A stretch of 62,724 nucleotides of DNA, filler included, from Dugesia japonica (GCA_001938525.1; 5 parts of 5 records of this genome joined end to end with filler, not necessarily neighbours in it); one strand, 5' to 3'. Shown: positions 41,124-54,829, numbered from the whole stretch's first letter. Numbers and translations: made by a program. The notes: a model not told the origin generated them from the sequence alone.

Positions 41124-43010
41124 TAATGTTATTTTCTTTTATTGAAAAATAACGAATATAAAATAAAATATTATCCTTTGTAAGATGAACTATTTAATTT
41201 ATTAATTAAATTTTTTAAATGTGTGAGTAGATAAATAGTGGCGGACTAGAACAGCACACATTCAGTACCCCCACGCAGGATTAGTGATGTAATGAAACAT
41301 AATCCTTATGTATTTAGTTGGGAATTTAAAAATAACATCATATTCAGTAATATTATGTTTTTAATTTCCCGGTGTATTTAGTTGGAAAAAATTTTGCACA
41401 CAAATTATGCCATGAGATTAATTTAATCGGTGAAATTTTATGTAATAGGATTAACTGTTTTTAATTTTCACAATGTAGTTAGCTGTGAAAATTTTTTAGG
41501 CTTTTTAATTGACAAGTGTTTTAGTATTTCCCTGCGTATTTAGTTGGAAAAGTTTTTTAGGCATTTTAAGCGTTAGTATATTTTAGGCTTTTTCATTGGA
41601 AATTTATTCGGTGAGGTAGAATGAGATCAATTTTTGATTGATTTTAGAAGGTTTTATAATGAATATTCTCGGTGAGGTCGAATAAGGTCAATGGGTTGGT
41701 TTAGGTGAATTTGGTAGAATATTTCCTTGGAAATAAAAAATTTAGATAATTTCATGACGATTTGGTCAATTTTTAGTTAGTTGAGTTGAATTTGACTCAT
41801 TTTTGAACGATTCAGTTAATTATTTCCTCGGGATCAGTTTGGGTACTTTTTCGACGATTAGGTTAAAACTTTCCTCGTGAATGGAAAATTTGGGCGATTC
41901 TATTGAATCTTTCATCTGTATTGGTTAATTTTTGAGTGATTTGGTTGAATTCTTTCTCTTGAATGGTCAATTTTGGTTGAATTTTAAGGAAATTCGTGGT
42001 AAAAGTCGAAAAATCTCAAATTTTGATTTTTGGTGCTTAATTTTCTCTGTGTACATAACTCGTATTAATTCAAATTTGGTGTCATTAAACACAGGAGAAA
42101 AAATTGACTTTACAAAGTTAAAATCTCTTCTCGACAAAAATGCTTCATAACGAAGATATACAGCTCGTATTTGGTAACTTTTTTCAAAAATTTTAAAAAA
42201 ATCGAAAGTTTAACAAGCTTTAGAAAATTTCTTCCTGTCATTTTTTAGTCATCACTTTATTCTTAGTATGTTTCTTTGTTTTAAGTTAGAGAAATGGACA
42301 AGAGTGAGAATGATTGGAGTGATAGTATTATCAAATTTTCTTGAAGTCATGAAATTTAATCTGAAATTTATATGACCTTTTTTCGAATCGATAAAAATTG
42401 ACACAATCTTTTTTATCATCGTTGAAAAATGACACAAACTATTTTAATTTTCGAAATTCATGTGTAAAAAATGGGAAAATATTTCAAAATTTTACTAGAA
42501 CTTTTTTGAAATCATTGAAAAACGACAGGAGCTTTGTTAAAAGTGTTTAAAATTCGACCTCACTGAATAAATATCCAACGAAGAAGCCTAAAAATTTTCA
42601 CAACAAAATTTACATCGTTACATCACTAATCCTAGGGGGTACTGAATGTGTGCTGTTCCAGTCTACCACTATCTACCTACTTGTTAAAAATATTACAATT
42701 AAAATACTGAAAAAGATTAAGAAATCATGTAAAACTACAAACTTAAATCCAATATTTCCATCTCATATTCACACGTCGAATTTATTTCAAAATTATAGTA
42801 ACTAATTTTAAGCATATCTTCACTGAGTTCAACCCATAGTGTTCGGTAACTATTATCTATTGCATAAAATAACAATCCCTGATATTTATTCACATAAATT
42901 TGTAAACCAAGTCCTTCTTCGAGGAAAAAACCTTCCTTTTCAATTTCCAAACTTCCTTGCCAAAATGAATTTGAAATTTCTGAAGAAATTGGAGAAAAAC
43001 TAATTGATTC
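39462..43010 (-). CDS. Neurexin/CASPR-like laminin-G + EGF exons (~43010-42740, ~40081-39934, ~39800-39462)
   Basis: GLLFYAID...LWVELSEDML (LamG), then LLGCV...VCNSASCSNNGHCIDLWRGQFYCDCGPSKYIGKYC (neurexin-type EGF). Exon boundaries are approximate. Confidence 0.7.
41226..42681. mobile_element. Non-autonomous DNA transposon with ~70-bp TIRs
   Basis: AGTAGATAAATAGTGGCGGACTAGAACAGCACACATTCAGTACCCCC...GGATTAGTGATGTAA is inverted at 42615-42681. Confidence 0.85.
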
Positions 43011-43139
43011 ATCTATTTGCTGAGCTAAAACAAAATAAGTCAAATTTTTAAAACTTCATTAAAAATAATTTAAAACGTTTCATTATTATTATAAAATTTT
43101 CATATTTGTATTCTTTAATTTTATTGGATTTGTCAATAT

Positions 43140-45081
43140 TTTAATTTGAATAATTTAATAGTAATTGTATCTCCAATCAGATCTAGTGCTACTCTTTCTG
43201 CAACTAAGAAAGTAACCTCTTTGCAAACTTCATCAACTGTCACTTTAGTTCCAACTTTCCCAACAATTTCAAGTTTGCACACCAGAAACATTCATCGCTC
43301 ATATCTAAATGCAGATCTCATAATTTATTCAAACAACTCAAACTCAATATTTTAATTCTAAAAGACATTTAACTTTATTTCCCTGAATTTATACCGTACA
43401 ACTTGGTCTGCCTTACAATTTATTGTACGAAATATTTATTTTCTATTCTGCTACAATTGTTTCAAACCATTCTACTTTTCTATCATCCACAAACTTTTCC
43501 CTTTTTTTGTATACTTTTTAAATAACTTTCCCGATATCATTCCACTTTTCGACCCTTTGATGATAATCACACACTTAATTTAATAATGGATGGCTCCAAC
43601 CAACTCCTCTACTGATAGAGCCCTGCCTTTCGGAATCACTTTCATATATTTATATCCTTATATTCATCGTTTGTATTGACTTCTTCATCTGCAATCACGT
43701 GAATTCGATTATATCAATTTCTTAGACCTCCATTATTCACAAATTTCTCAGTTGTTCTTTTCATTTTCAAATTTATGTAACACTCTTCTATCCTATGCCC
43801 ACCATTTCCACATCTTTTACACGTTATCACTTTACATAATCTTCTAACGTGGTTGACCTTTCCACAAACAAAACATTTTGTTGGTTTTTTAATTTGGGCA
43901 AACTCGACTTTAATGTTCTTTTTTGTGACAAGTCCAACATTTTACTACTTTCTTTGTTGGACAATTTGCTTTAGTATGATCAATCTTATGGCATAACCAA
44001 CATTCAATATTTCGTTTCTTGATTCTACATGTCTACTCACTTTATAATTTACAGGTTTCTGATAATTTCGACTTGTAACTCTCGCGTAACTTCTAAATGC
44101 ATCAACTTGATCTGTTTTTCTCTACTCGATGTACTAACACCATTATTTTTTCAATTTCTTCCATATTCTTTCTGTGAGATGAGTTTTGAGAACTCGGATT
44201 ATCATCATCAAAATTCAACTCCATAAAATTTATTTCAAAATAAAAACTATAACATCATTATTTGTTTAATCAAACAAATTAAAACCTCATGCTCTGATTG
44301 AAAACTATTTTCTAATAGATTTAAAATTTCAGATTCATTCAAAAATAATTTGAACATTTTTAAAAAAATAATTATTTTTGCAAAATTTTAATTCTCATTC
44401 AAACACTTTAATATTTTTAAAACAAAATTTCAATTGCAAAATTTTAGATCAAACTTCCATTCCAAATAATTATTTTAACTTTTTAAATAATTTGTGATTT
44501 TTAATTTTTATTAAAAAGATTTAAAAAAAACAGATTCCAATCCAAGCACACAAATTTAAACTCGCTGCATAACCACTCACACCGTCGTTTCCGCAAATCA
44601 CTTCTTCTAACTTTTTTTGTTATCTGAACAATAAACTAGCATCTTTGCTACAATTTTTTCCTATGTAAAATCTTTATTTTTAAATAATCTTTCCACTAAA
44701 TCCACATTTTTTAAATAACTTGAATCTCTTCATTTCCACGTCTGCCATTAATCCAATTTTGAGTCTTTGATAATATATTTCTCTTTCTCCAATGCCAAAC
44801 GCTAACGAGCCTGAAAACCTTCACATTTTTAACGTCTTAGCATATTTTTCCAACAAATCTAACAAACAAGATACTAATCTATCCTCTTGTTTCATATGGG
44901 CAATGTTCTTAGTCTCAAAATATAATTCACACCGCTTGATGAAATTCTCAATATGATTTCCTCTGCAAAACACATTCGGCAATAAGCTATCTGTAATAGA
45001 ATCGGTATTTACCGCTGCCACTATGTTAGGTAATTCTTCAATTGGTAATTGGTTTTCAAAATCACGACTATTTTTAGACAT
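43140..45081 (-). mobile_element. Gypsy gag(-protease) remnant
   Basis: PNVF.RGNHIENFIKRCELYF (gag N-terminus) and tandem zinc knuckles KCFVCGKVNHVRRLC / TCKRCGNGGHRIEEC. Confidence 0.8.
44173..44581 (-). mobile_element. Solo LTR of the 5754-6137 family, inside gag
   Basis: TG...CA ends and shared GAGTTTTGAGAACTCGGATTATCA...AACTCGCT; no clear TSD. Confidence 0.75.
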
Positions 45082-47367
45082 AATTTATTTCAATTCACAC
45101 AGCTATATCAATGATATAATTATATGAGAATAGAACCATAAAAATATTTATCTACAATTTAATCGATTTATATTGGCTGAATTAATTAATAATTTATGAT
45201 TATTTCCTTATTTTGTCGAAAATTTCAAATTAAATTTTTCAGAACGATTTTACTTTTTAATTAAAGGATTCACATGTATTTATTGATAAAAATAAATGCC
45301 CTATCAGCTATTATGTAACAATACATATAAAAACTACAAGGATATTATAAGTTTTACACCCAATTCTTCAATACATGATTCGTTTCTAATAAATTTTAAA
45401 TTTATTGAATTCAATGATTTTAATTCTAATATTACAAGATTTTAAATACCCAGAAATATTATTCCTATTACTCTCTTATTATGGTCTTTCAATTGTGCAC
45501 TAATATGGAAAATTTCTTGAATGCGTGTAGCATCACTATAATCACATCCATTCATAAAGCTGGACAAAATTATAATATATGAAGTTATTTGAAATTTGTT
45601 TTTAAATATTAATATTTATAAAAAAAATTAAAATATACTTTCAACGTTAATTGAAAAAGAAATTTTCCGTTACTGATATTTAATGTAAATGTTAATTACC
45701 GTTGATCTAAAAATACTGATCGAGCTATCAAAATAAATGTCTTAAATAAATGTTGGAAATCTAGATGGATCAATTCACATTGAAAGACCTGAGATTGTGA
45801 TTGATATTTTAAGTGACTTATTTGAAAGATATAAATAACATAAAGCTATTCAAGAGATCACGAAAAATGATTTCATATGTCTTATTAATTTGTGGTTCTT
45901 TTCAGATTCATGTTCATGTATTACCTTTAAATAATTAAAGCCGCTTAGATTTTAACAAACAACCTTTCTTAAATAATCGATATCTTAATAAAGGATTTTA
46001 TTATAGTCAATTATTTTAAAATGAGAATTGTTGATTATGACAATCTGAACTTTTAATTATATCATTTATATCCCTTAAAAAAATTTTTGACGCTAGGTTA
46101 TTTTGGAAACCCCACTTCAATTTGTCAGCAACTGTCATAATTCTTCAAACCACCTCGATCAAATTTTGTTGAGATAATTAATGGACGACACCATTGTTAA
46201 CATTATTTCTTTAATACTAAATTCGTGCTTGTTATTTATTCAACTACTATGATCAAAATTTTCAAGTATAATAAAATAATCCCAATTACACGTTTAGTAT
46301 CACCATAGAGTTCTAAAATTTTGTGAGAATCTTCTCATTTCATAAATAATTAAATGAATAATGGAGAAAAATCTTCATAAAATTAAATATATTTTCTTTT
46401 CAAAATAATTTTACAAAATATTCAAATTAATTGATTAATTTTAAATATTTTATATACAAATGAATTCAATCTAAATAACTATTAAGTGTACATAAATACG
46501 TTCAAACATTTTATACTAAAACTCTTTTAATTTAAATATATAAAGTATAAATTACCTGTAATAAGGTTAAACATCCAAAATACTGTTAAAAATTTTATTT
46601 CCATTAACATTTTAAGTAAATTCACAATAATATTCAAACTTTCTAAATTTAGATGCAATTGGTTTAATCTGATTGGTTTAACAAACAAGCAAATAAAAAT
46701 GATAAGATAAAAATTCATAACAGTTCCCCTTTAAATTCTATTATCTTAACTAACTGTGAAAAGCCGCTAATAAAAACTGAATAATAATTACTGTTTAAAG
46801 TTTGAAAAATTTAAAAAGATTTTATTTTCGAAACTATCTGTTATTAAATAAAAAAATATTAGACCTATTATAAACGTAATATTTTTTAGTGATTCTGAAT
46901 TTTTTTTTGTTTAGTCTAAAGGTTCAGAAATATTTTTCTGAAATCAGTAATTGTCTTTACAAATCTGAAACACAAGTTTTAAATCCTAATAAAAATAACA
47001 CTCGAAATAATAACGCTAAATATTTATGACTCGTGTTCTTGGAAACCAATTCAAAGCTTTCAATGATTATACAATTTTATTGTATGATATTGCAATATAG
47101 TTACCATCGTAACCAACGCCAAATACAAATGACAAATAGTATGTAAGAAAATGATTGATTTTTAATGATTAATATAAATGTTCCTGAAATTTCCAAAAAA
47201 AAGGTTAAAATAGATCTGCAAATCATCAGTTTTACATCTAATCGAATCTCAAATCAATTCAGAACTAGATATTCGATTTTTTTAATTGAATCTTGAATCG
47301 CTAGTTAGGCTTCGACAACGAATTAAGCTTAAAATATATTCTTAAACACTAAATGACACTATAACAA

Positions 47368-48250
47368 ATATACATAGCTTTTGAGGAATCAGTTATGTAA
47401 TAATATCTTAGCACTAAAATCATACACATTCAAATAGTCAATCACAAATTCACCTATTATCACATACATATATCAATTTACTTATATAAAGGTCAGTATG
47501 AAAATATTATATTATTCTTAGTTATATCTCACATACCCCCATTTAAAACTTCTATCATGTATTTTCTCTATGATTATTTTTATTTCATATCGGTTTTCAT
47601 TTTTATGTGGACTTTCTCTTTTAATTAAAACTTCTTCACCAATATTAAATTTTCTAATTGTATTATTCTTTTCAAAATTTTTGGAATTTTCGTTGTTATT
47701 TAAATTGTTTATTATTCGTTTACGCTTTAGATTTCATTCATTTACATTTTTTTATCATTCCTAACAATCCATTCTTTGTGTAAATTTTCCCCAGAAATTA
47801 TTTCAGCTGGAGAGACATTCGTCGTTCTCTGATTTGAGGTGTTCAACATAAATTATATTTCAGCTCAGGCATGCCTTTTCTTATCCTGAATTGTATCTCG
47901 TATAGTTCGAAATCCTCTTTCAATTATTCCATTACTACTTTTATAATATAGACTAAAGTATTTGATTTCACAATTAAATTCCTCAGCTAATTGTTGGAAT
48001 AGATTTGATTCAAATGATTTTCACGGTCCGTATGTATTATTCTCGGTGCACCATATTTCAAAATTCAATTATTTTTTAATATTTTAACAGTGATTTTTTC
48101 ATCTTAATGTGAAACTGCATTGAGAGATATAAATCTAATGAATTTATAAATTATAGCTAAAATGTATTGTTTTCCATTTAAAGGTTTCTTTAAAGAACCA
48201 CAAAAATCAATATGAATGATTTCAAAGATGTCATTATCAGACTAATAATT
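47368..48250 (-). mobile_element. Gypsy integrase 3' end + PPT + LTR fragments
   Basis: IIHIDFCGSL...KQYILAII, SNGIIEKRI and SPAEII; AAATGGGGGTA followed by TGTGAG at ~47528-47543. Confidence 0.8.
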
Positions 48251-48299
48251 TTTTCTTTTNTTTGACAAATTTTGAGCAATTCCGTATCGGTCACACGCA

Positions 48300-50400
48300 G
48301 TGATAAGTCATGAGAAAGGATATTGTACTACGCAAAAAGAATTACTCGCAATTTAATACTTTTGTATTCATTTCAAACATTACTTATATAGGAAGAAATT
48401 TATCCTTGGAACAGTCCATAAAGCTATCATTTTTATGGTAAATACAAAGAAACTGATCACATCACAGTTTCAGACCTAAATTTATTATGTGAGCAGTTTA
48501 GATATAAAATTTAATTATAGAAAAGGATCCCTTCATACAAATGCAAATATGTTTTCAAGAAGTAAATGCGATTTACGTGCACAGTGTCTTATGTCACATG
48601 AAAATCACAAGAGTGGGAAATTAAAAATAAGGATGCTAAATACAGTAGATATCCAAGAGAAGCAAGACAATTTTGGAGAAAATGATGAAGGAAAGTGAAT
48701 ATCTGATGATAAAATAGAAGAGGTAAGAATGAGGATACACCATCTATTATGTAATGCTGGAGCAAAAAAGTAGCAGCGAATAAGATGCATAAATATAGCG
48801 CAAAATATTGGTGGAGCAAAGTACAATAAGTTGCCCGAAGCTTTATAAAATGCCATAAAGTTAAAGGGTTGTCAACAACAACGAAGAAAGAAACAAAAAT
48901 GACACAACCAGCCGACATTTTTGAGTTGTTATTTATAGATATTCGGTATAATAAATGAATGCTATACGTATGTAGCCTTGATAGCAAAGAGCGTGTGATA
49001 GATTGCATGCTTCACGAAAATTTATTGGAAGCATATATGAAAAAATTGAAGAAAGCGGACGGATATCAAGAGATATTGCGATTAGCGTTTAAGAGCAAGA
49101 GAGATGTAATAAAATATTTACAGAATATTTTAAGCTATCAACGTGGTGTTGAAGAATCTGAGGTGTTTTTTAAAATGTGGAAGATTTCGTTGATAATATT
49201 TTAGCAAATGGAGAGCTAACAAAATGCTAATAATTTCTGCTGATAGTAAAAAATCAGAAAAAGAGATAATCATGCGGAAATTGAAGAAAGTAGAAGATAT
49301 AAAATAAACACTATCACTAGTTGAATAAATAGAAGATTAAGAACCTATTAACGTTGTCAGGAGTTATGCAGGATAACACGTGAAGAAGGTACCAGAAACA
49401 AAAGACGAAACATTGACAGAGTTACATTAAAAACAGAACCACAGTTTGGAATGTGCTAGAGTTATAGGCACACAAATAGAGAGTATCCAAAGAATTCTCA
49501 TGTAGAATGCTGGACTTGTCACAGAAAATGGCATTTAAGTAGAAATTATCCATACAAGAAACCACCAAAAGGTTTTGGGTGTGGTAAGATTGGTCATATC
49601 AGAAGGATGTGCACAGAAATTGTATGCAGTAGATGTAAAAGACCGGGTCACAGAGCGGAAGAATGTTATTAGAATTTTAATAAACCTAGAAGAGAGAAAA
49701 AACAATTTTAAAAGCGGATAACAAACAAAAGATTAGAGTCGGACCAAACCAATTCATGCCATTCGAGAAGAAGATGATGAACAGATTGAAGAGAGATTTT
49801 CTAATAGCATAATAGAAAATGTAGATCCAAGAAGAGAATACCCGAAAAGCAGGGCTCCATTTGTAAATGAGTTTGTCGGAGCCATTTATTAAATGAGAAG
49901 CTGTTTGATTATTTTCAGGAGTCCAAAAAATATGGATTGAGACGAGTAAAGTAAGAGAAAAAGTTTATAGATTCCTACAAAGAGAAAGTTTCAATGATGC
50001 AGAAGTTAACAAATCTGAAGTGATATGAACAATTGAAGAAAAACAGAACGAACAATTTTTGTAAGATAAAAATTAAGGAAAACTTAGCATTTCAGTGATG
50101 ATCAAGGATGAACAGTTTGATTGTTTGTTAGATACAGAAGAAAGAGTAAATGAAATGAGCATGAAATGATTTAGTAGACTCGGAGAAACAATGTTAGAAA
50201 AAAAGCACGGAAGTACTGCATTGCGCGAATAACAGCTCTTCCGAGACAATTGAAAAGATACTTGTGGAAATTGCAGTTTCAGAGTAGTGCAAGAAAGTGT
50301 CATTTATAATATTAAAGAAACTAATACCAGATCTAATTGTTTGAGTTTGGATTTCAGAATATTTTTCAATATCATCTTCATTGAAAATGCAGAGTAGACA
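48300..50400 (+). mobile_element. Rearranged Gypsy fragments (RNase H/integrase zinc finger, then gag with zinc knuckles)
   Basis: LDIKFNYRKGSLHTNANMFSR; ECWTCHRKWHLSRN..., CGKIGHIRRMC and CSRCKRPGHRAEEC. Confidence 0.8.
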
Positions 50401-50519
50401 TCAATAATCATCGATAAAACTTTGTTTGAACCATCGAGGCAAATATCGGAAGACAGACACAGACAGAATTTTTGAAAAAGCTAGATTGATGAATAGTAGG
50501 TGGATACTAGCGCATAAGA

Positions 50520-50700
50520 ACAACTGACTTTGAATTTTTGGCTGACTGACTGTTTTACTCATTTTGACTCCTGTTTTACTATTTTCCTTTAAATATTTTG
50601 ACTCCCGTCCACTTTTGACTGCTGTTTTACTATTTCTGACTGCTGTTTTACTATTTTGACTGCCGTCCACTTTTGACTGTTGTTTTACTATTTTTGACTG
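50520..50700. repeat. ~14/21-bp tandem repeat (GACTGCTGTTTTACTATTTT)
   Basis: Repeated TTTTGACT(G/C) units. Confidence 0.75.
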
Positions 50701-50719
50701 GGTTCGCATTTCCCACACT

Positions 50720-51350
50720 GTTTCTTTACATAACCACAATCATTTTCCTGATAAAAATTGCATCAACATTTACTACATGGTCTTGGTTGTGTGTCTAGTC
50801 GTTGTGTTGCTGGTTCATGTTCTTGATGTAATTTGATAGCTTCTTCTAACGTTTGAGGTTTTCGATTCTTGATGAATGGTTATAATTGTTTATGCCAGAT
50901 TCCCTCGATGTAAGGATTGATGCATTCACTATCCTTTTCGGCAGAAAAATGTTCCGTCGGAAGAAGTTGTCTAAACTTGATGGCATAAAGCATTAGTTTT
51001 TCTCCTTCTTATTTGCAGTATATTACTTCTCTTAATGCTTGTTAGAATTCTCTAGGGATTTAAAAAAAATTTCGAAGTAATTGTTCTATCTCCTTCCATG
51101 ATTTGAACGATTCTCCCGTAGCCCGTATCTGTTGTCTATAGAGAATTATTGCAGTTTCTTCCAGGTGGAGTGGTATCATATTGATTTTGTTCTATACTCC
51201 CCACTCAAAAGCTTTGGCATGCTCTTCATAGGTTAGAAGAAACTCATTTATTTCTTCGGGATTACCTTTAAAGATTCACCGCGATAACGTTCTAATGATT
51301 TTCTTTACATATTCCGTTATTTATCCATACTTGATTTCTAAATTAGACAT
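50720..51350 (-). mobile_element. LTR-retrotransposon gag capsid-like remnant
   Basis: FKGNPEEINEFLLTYEEHAKAFEWG...IPLHLEETA...SWKEIEQLL; FIKNRKPQTLEEAIKL. Confidence 0.65.
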
Positions 51351-52517
51351 AATTACACACTAATTTACTTGGATAATATCAATTGGTACACCGATTTTCG
51401 AATCGATTGTGCTTGCTCCATCGAACTGTTGATACCCGAAACACATTATTACCCCGCTAACCATTTAACCAATTTTTTTAAAAGTCAGTTTCATCTCTTT
51501 ACTCACCCTCGGTTTGTTTAAATTCGATGTTCCTGTCGAACTCTTTATTAGGGCTGCTTATTAACATCTATTCGTTTTCTGCTGATACCCGATTCATAAC
51601 TAATTATCACTGGGTATTCATTTTAAAGTCGCATTTTAACCCTATGATGTCCTTTATTTTTATTTTCCAGTTACTGACTGATTTTGTAGTTTGATTTCAC
51701 TATCAATTTTGAACCTTGATTCCATAACCAATTTTATAACTTGATTTAATGCAGAATTTTATTTTTAATTTAATAATTGATTTATTACCTATTAGTAATC
51801 TGCTTATGAGATACAATCATGCAGTTGTAATTTACTTATGTAATATGCTTATGAGAAGTAATAACTTTTTGTAATTTGCACTTGAGATACAATAACTTAT
51901 TTGCAATTTACTTGTGAAATGTAATAACTTTTGTAGCTTGCTCATGAACTGTAGTGATCTTTGTATAATTTTCATGTCNNNNNNNNNNNNNNNNNNNNNN
52001 NNNNNNNNNNNNNNNNNNNNNNTTAATTAATTAANNNNNNNNNNNNNNNNNNNNNNNNNNNNNNNNNNNNNNNNNNNNAAGTTTTAAAGGAAGAAAAAAG
52101 AAATATTTATTTTATTTTTAATATTATTAACATATTATTACTTTTTAGTTATTTTTTTAGTTATTATTTTTTAGTTATTGCATCAAGTCACTAGCAAGTC
52201 ACAGGCAACACACCTATTGGTATAATTAAGGGATACTAATGGGTGTTGACTTTGACAGACTGATTTGGTGCTACCTTGCTCAAAATCATGGTGGTTCAAT
52301 GAATGTAGAGGATTTCAGGAAAATTGCAAGACAATACTTGATTGATAATAGGAATTTGTGATTTCTTTTTATTTTATAAGTGTTGGTTTTCTTTTGTAAA
52401 TAAATGTATTCAAATTTTATTTGTTTTGAACTTTTTTGAAATAAATAAATAAGAAAGTAAATAATTAACATACAGAAAATTAAATATAACAAAATATTAA
52501 ATAGTTCATAACCAATA

Positions 52518-52958
52518 AATTAATTTTTCTTCTTTTCAATGGTTTTCATTTTCCATATTATTCCTGTAAAAGTAATAAATTTTTAAAAAAATTTTATCTC
52601 TACATGGATCATTCATTTTGTGTCATCACCACTTGAGTTTTCGTCTCTTTCTTTGAAGTTGATAAAAACTGCTTCATTTATTTCAATATCCTTGCTTAGC
52701 TTTGAAAATAGAGCTTCAAGAATGTTCCTGTCTTTTTCGTTGATTCCAGATATTAATAAATTATACTTTGATCTTTTAATCATAACAGATTTCTAAAACA
52801 AAATTTAATTATAAAAAAAAGAAATAAAAAATTACTTTAAATTCGTAAATAATTGGATTCTTCAGGAAGTACATTTTGTGATGCTGGAAATCTGAAATTT
52901 TTCCTAGTTCCAAGCCAATTGTTGTCACATTTTCTTTATTGAGCATATTTTCTTGCTT
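52518..52958 (-). pseudogene. Unknown gene X, copy A (spliced; intron 52835-52793)
   Basis: KQENMLNKENVTTIGLELGKISDFQHHKMYFLKNPIIYEFK|KSVMIKRSKYNLLISGINEKDRNIL...VFINFK; homologous to copies at 54830-55264 and 59132-59330. Confidence 0.65.
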
Positions 52959-53043
52959 TTTCAATTGTAAAAGTGATTAATTTTACGAAAACCACTATTT
53001 ATATACTCGTCATGATACATACATGCTCATTATCTTCTAGTTT

Positions 53044-53115
53044 TTATTGGTTGTTATCGGTTTTATAGGAAATTATTGGTTGTTATCGGTTTTATAGGAA
53101 ATTATTGGCTGTTAT
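53044..53115. promoter_or_regulatory. 29-bp tandem CCAAT-box repeats in the divergent promoter between gene X copy A and gene Y
   Basis: ATTATTGGTTGTTATCGGTTTTATAGGAA x~2.5. On the minus strand a TATATAA follows at ~52999-53005, and the same layout occurs upstream of 59132. Confidence 0.55.
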
Positions 53116-53281
53116 TTTTAACGATTGGTCATTATTTCTTATAGGTGATATGATTCGTTATTTTTCTTTTTAATTGTTATGATTTGTTAACGGATTTATA
53201 TTAATAGGACTGGTTTTCAAGGAAATTTCATTCTTTTTTAAAATAAAATACCCATTTTTACAAATTTAAACGTTTTGAGAG

Positions 53282-53783
53282 ATGAAAATATGTATGCTGA
53301 ACAAAACAAAAACAAATATGGAAGATATCCGGACTAAAAAATTAGTTAATATTGACGAAGAACAAATAATAGAAGAAATATTAAAAGAAAACATCAATGA
53401 TGAAGAACAGAGGCCTAATCAAACTAAAATTGAAGTAACATGTGATTGTAAGAATCAGAAACCTGTTCAAGATATTTTAGAGTTGAAGGATCATTTTTAT
53501 GGTAATAAATTTGATTAATGTTAATTTATTTAATTTAATTTTTTAAGAACTAGTGACTGGAATAGTGAATGAACGTTTTCCAGCATTTATAGAAGAATGT
53601 ATTAATATGAATTCAGAACAATATTGGCATTATGTTTTAATAACAACAAGAATTGATATTGATGATCTGATAGATGATTTCATTTTGGAATTGGAATTAG
53701 AGTCGCCAACTAACAGAAACCAGACTCATTGTGAGATTCTAAAGGATTCCATACTTGCAGCAGCTGAAGAATATGAAAATTAG
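53282..53783 (+). CDS. Unknown acidic protein Y, 2 exons (intron 53502-53547), apparently intact
   Basis: A 46-nt GT-AG intron joins ...LKDHFY|ELVTGIVNERFP... in frame with no internal stops. Confidence 0.6.
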
Positions 53784-54149
53784 GTGTATTGTTTTATTAA
53801 TATATGTTATTTTAGAAAAAATAATTGTATTGTTTTATTAATAAATAATATTTTGAAAATTGTTTTAACATGGCTTGCATCGGAATAAGAACAGGAATAA
53901 TTAGAATCAAAATTGAAGTTAGATTCAAATAAAAACCAGAATAATTGGAATCGAAATTAAAAAAGTAAATTTACGATTAGTTCTTTTATTAATAAAATTT
54001 GACAATTAGTCTTGTTAAATATTTTTATATTTTTATTCTGTGTAATTGTAAATAAAATATTTTACATAACACACACCCCAAGTTTCGCTACACATTTTTA
54101 TGGTAACTCTCTTGGGATCTACGGAATTCCCTTCCAAAAAAATGCAATA

Positions 54150-54650
54150 GCCGAAATTAAAATAAATAATTAAATATAAAATAAATAGAACATTTATAGA
54201 AAATGATTTAATTAAGTCTTAACCAGCTTATTGCGCAAGATGTAACAAGCCAAATGAAGTTCACTATCGGTAAACCTTCTAAATTTGTTGAAAAAAGTTA
54301 GAAATATACAATTATATTCTTAAAATCCGGGAATTGTCGAATTATGGGATGCAAATAACCAATATAAATGGACAGATTACAATATGATATTAAAAACATT
54401 CGATTGCAATCATTGACAATTTTAATCAATTTGGGTGTGACAGTTAATATGTATAAATTAGTAAAAATAACAAATGTTTGTTTGAACCGGAAATATTTCC
54501 AACATTACGTTTTACAAAATATTATCCAACATGTGTAAATGTATTTGCAACAGGAAAAGTAGTGATATTTTGACTCAAGAATTTACATTTTTAGAGTTTT
54601 GTGGATAATATAATTTTTGATTTGTATAATTTATTTGATAACATTCAATA
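54150..54650 (+). pseudogene. Divergent compact TBP-like gene, copy 1 (disrupted)
   Basis: YTIIFLKSGNCRIMGCK...IRLQSLTILINLGVTVNMYKL...FEPEIFPTLRFTKYYPTCVNVFATGKVVIF parallels TBP repeats (ALIFSSGKMVCTGAK; YEPELFPGL...LIFVSGKVVLTG). Confidence 0.75.
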
Positions 54651-54829
54651 AGAATGCAATCCTATTTCAACAAGCCATGTAATTAGTTGATTTATACAAA
54701 TATGAACTTTATAAAGTAATTTTGTTGTATAAATATATTTTTTATTTTGTTTTTATTTAGTTTTTATTAAGAAATAAAAAATAACAAAATATATGTAATA
54801 AATTTTTATTAATAAACATATTTTAATCG

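Noticed and set aside
45450-46718. Possible signal-peptide and 5' exons of the LamG/EGF gene
   Set aside because: Splice-like signals are present, but I could not assemble a stop-free frame with recognisable motifs.
50401-50739. 112-aa repetitive ORF (SKTAV repeats)
   Set aside because: Explained by the tandem repeat next to gag debris.
52079-52330. Possible Polinton terminal repeat
   Set aside because: No (AGT)n terminus and no matching inverted copy in the window; the contig ends at a gap.
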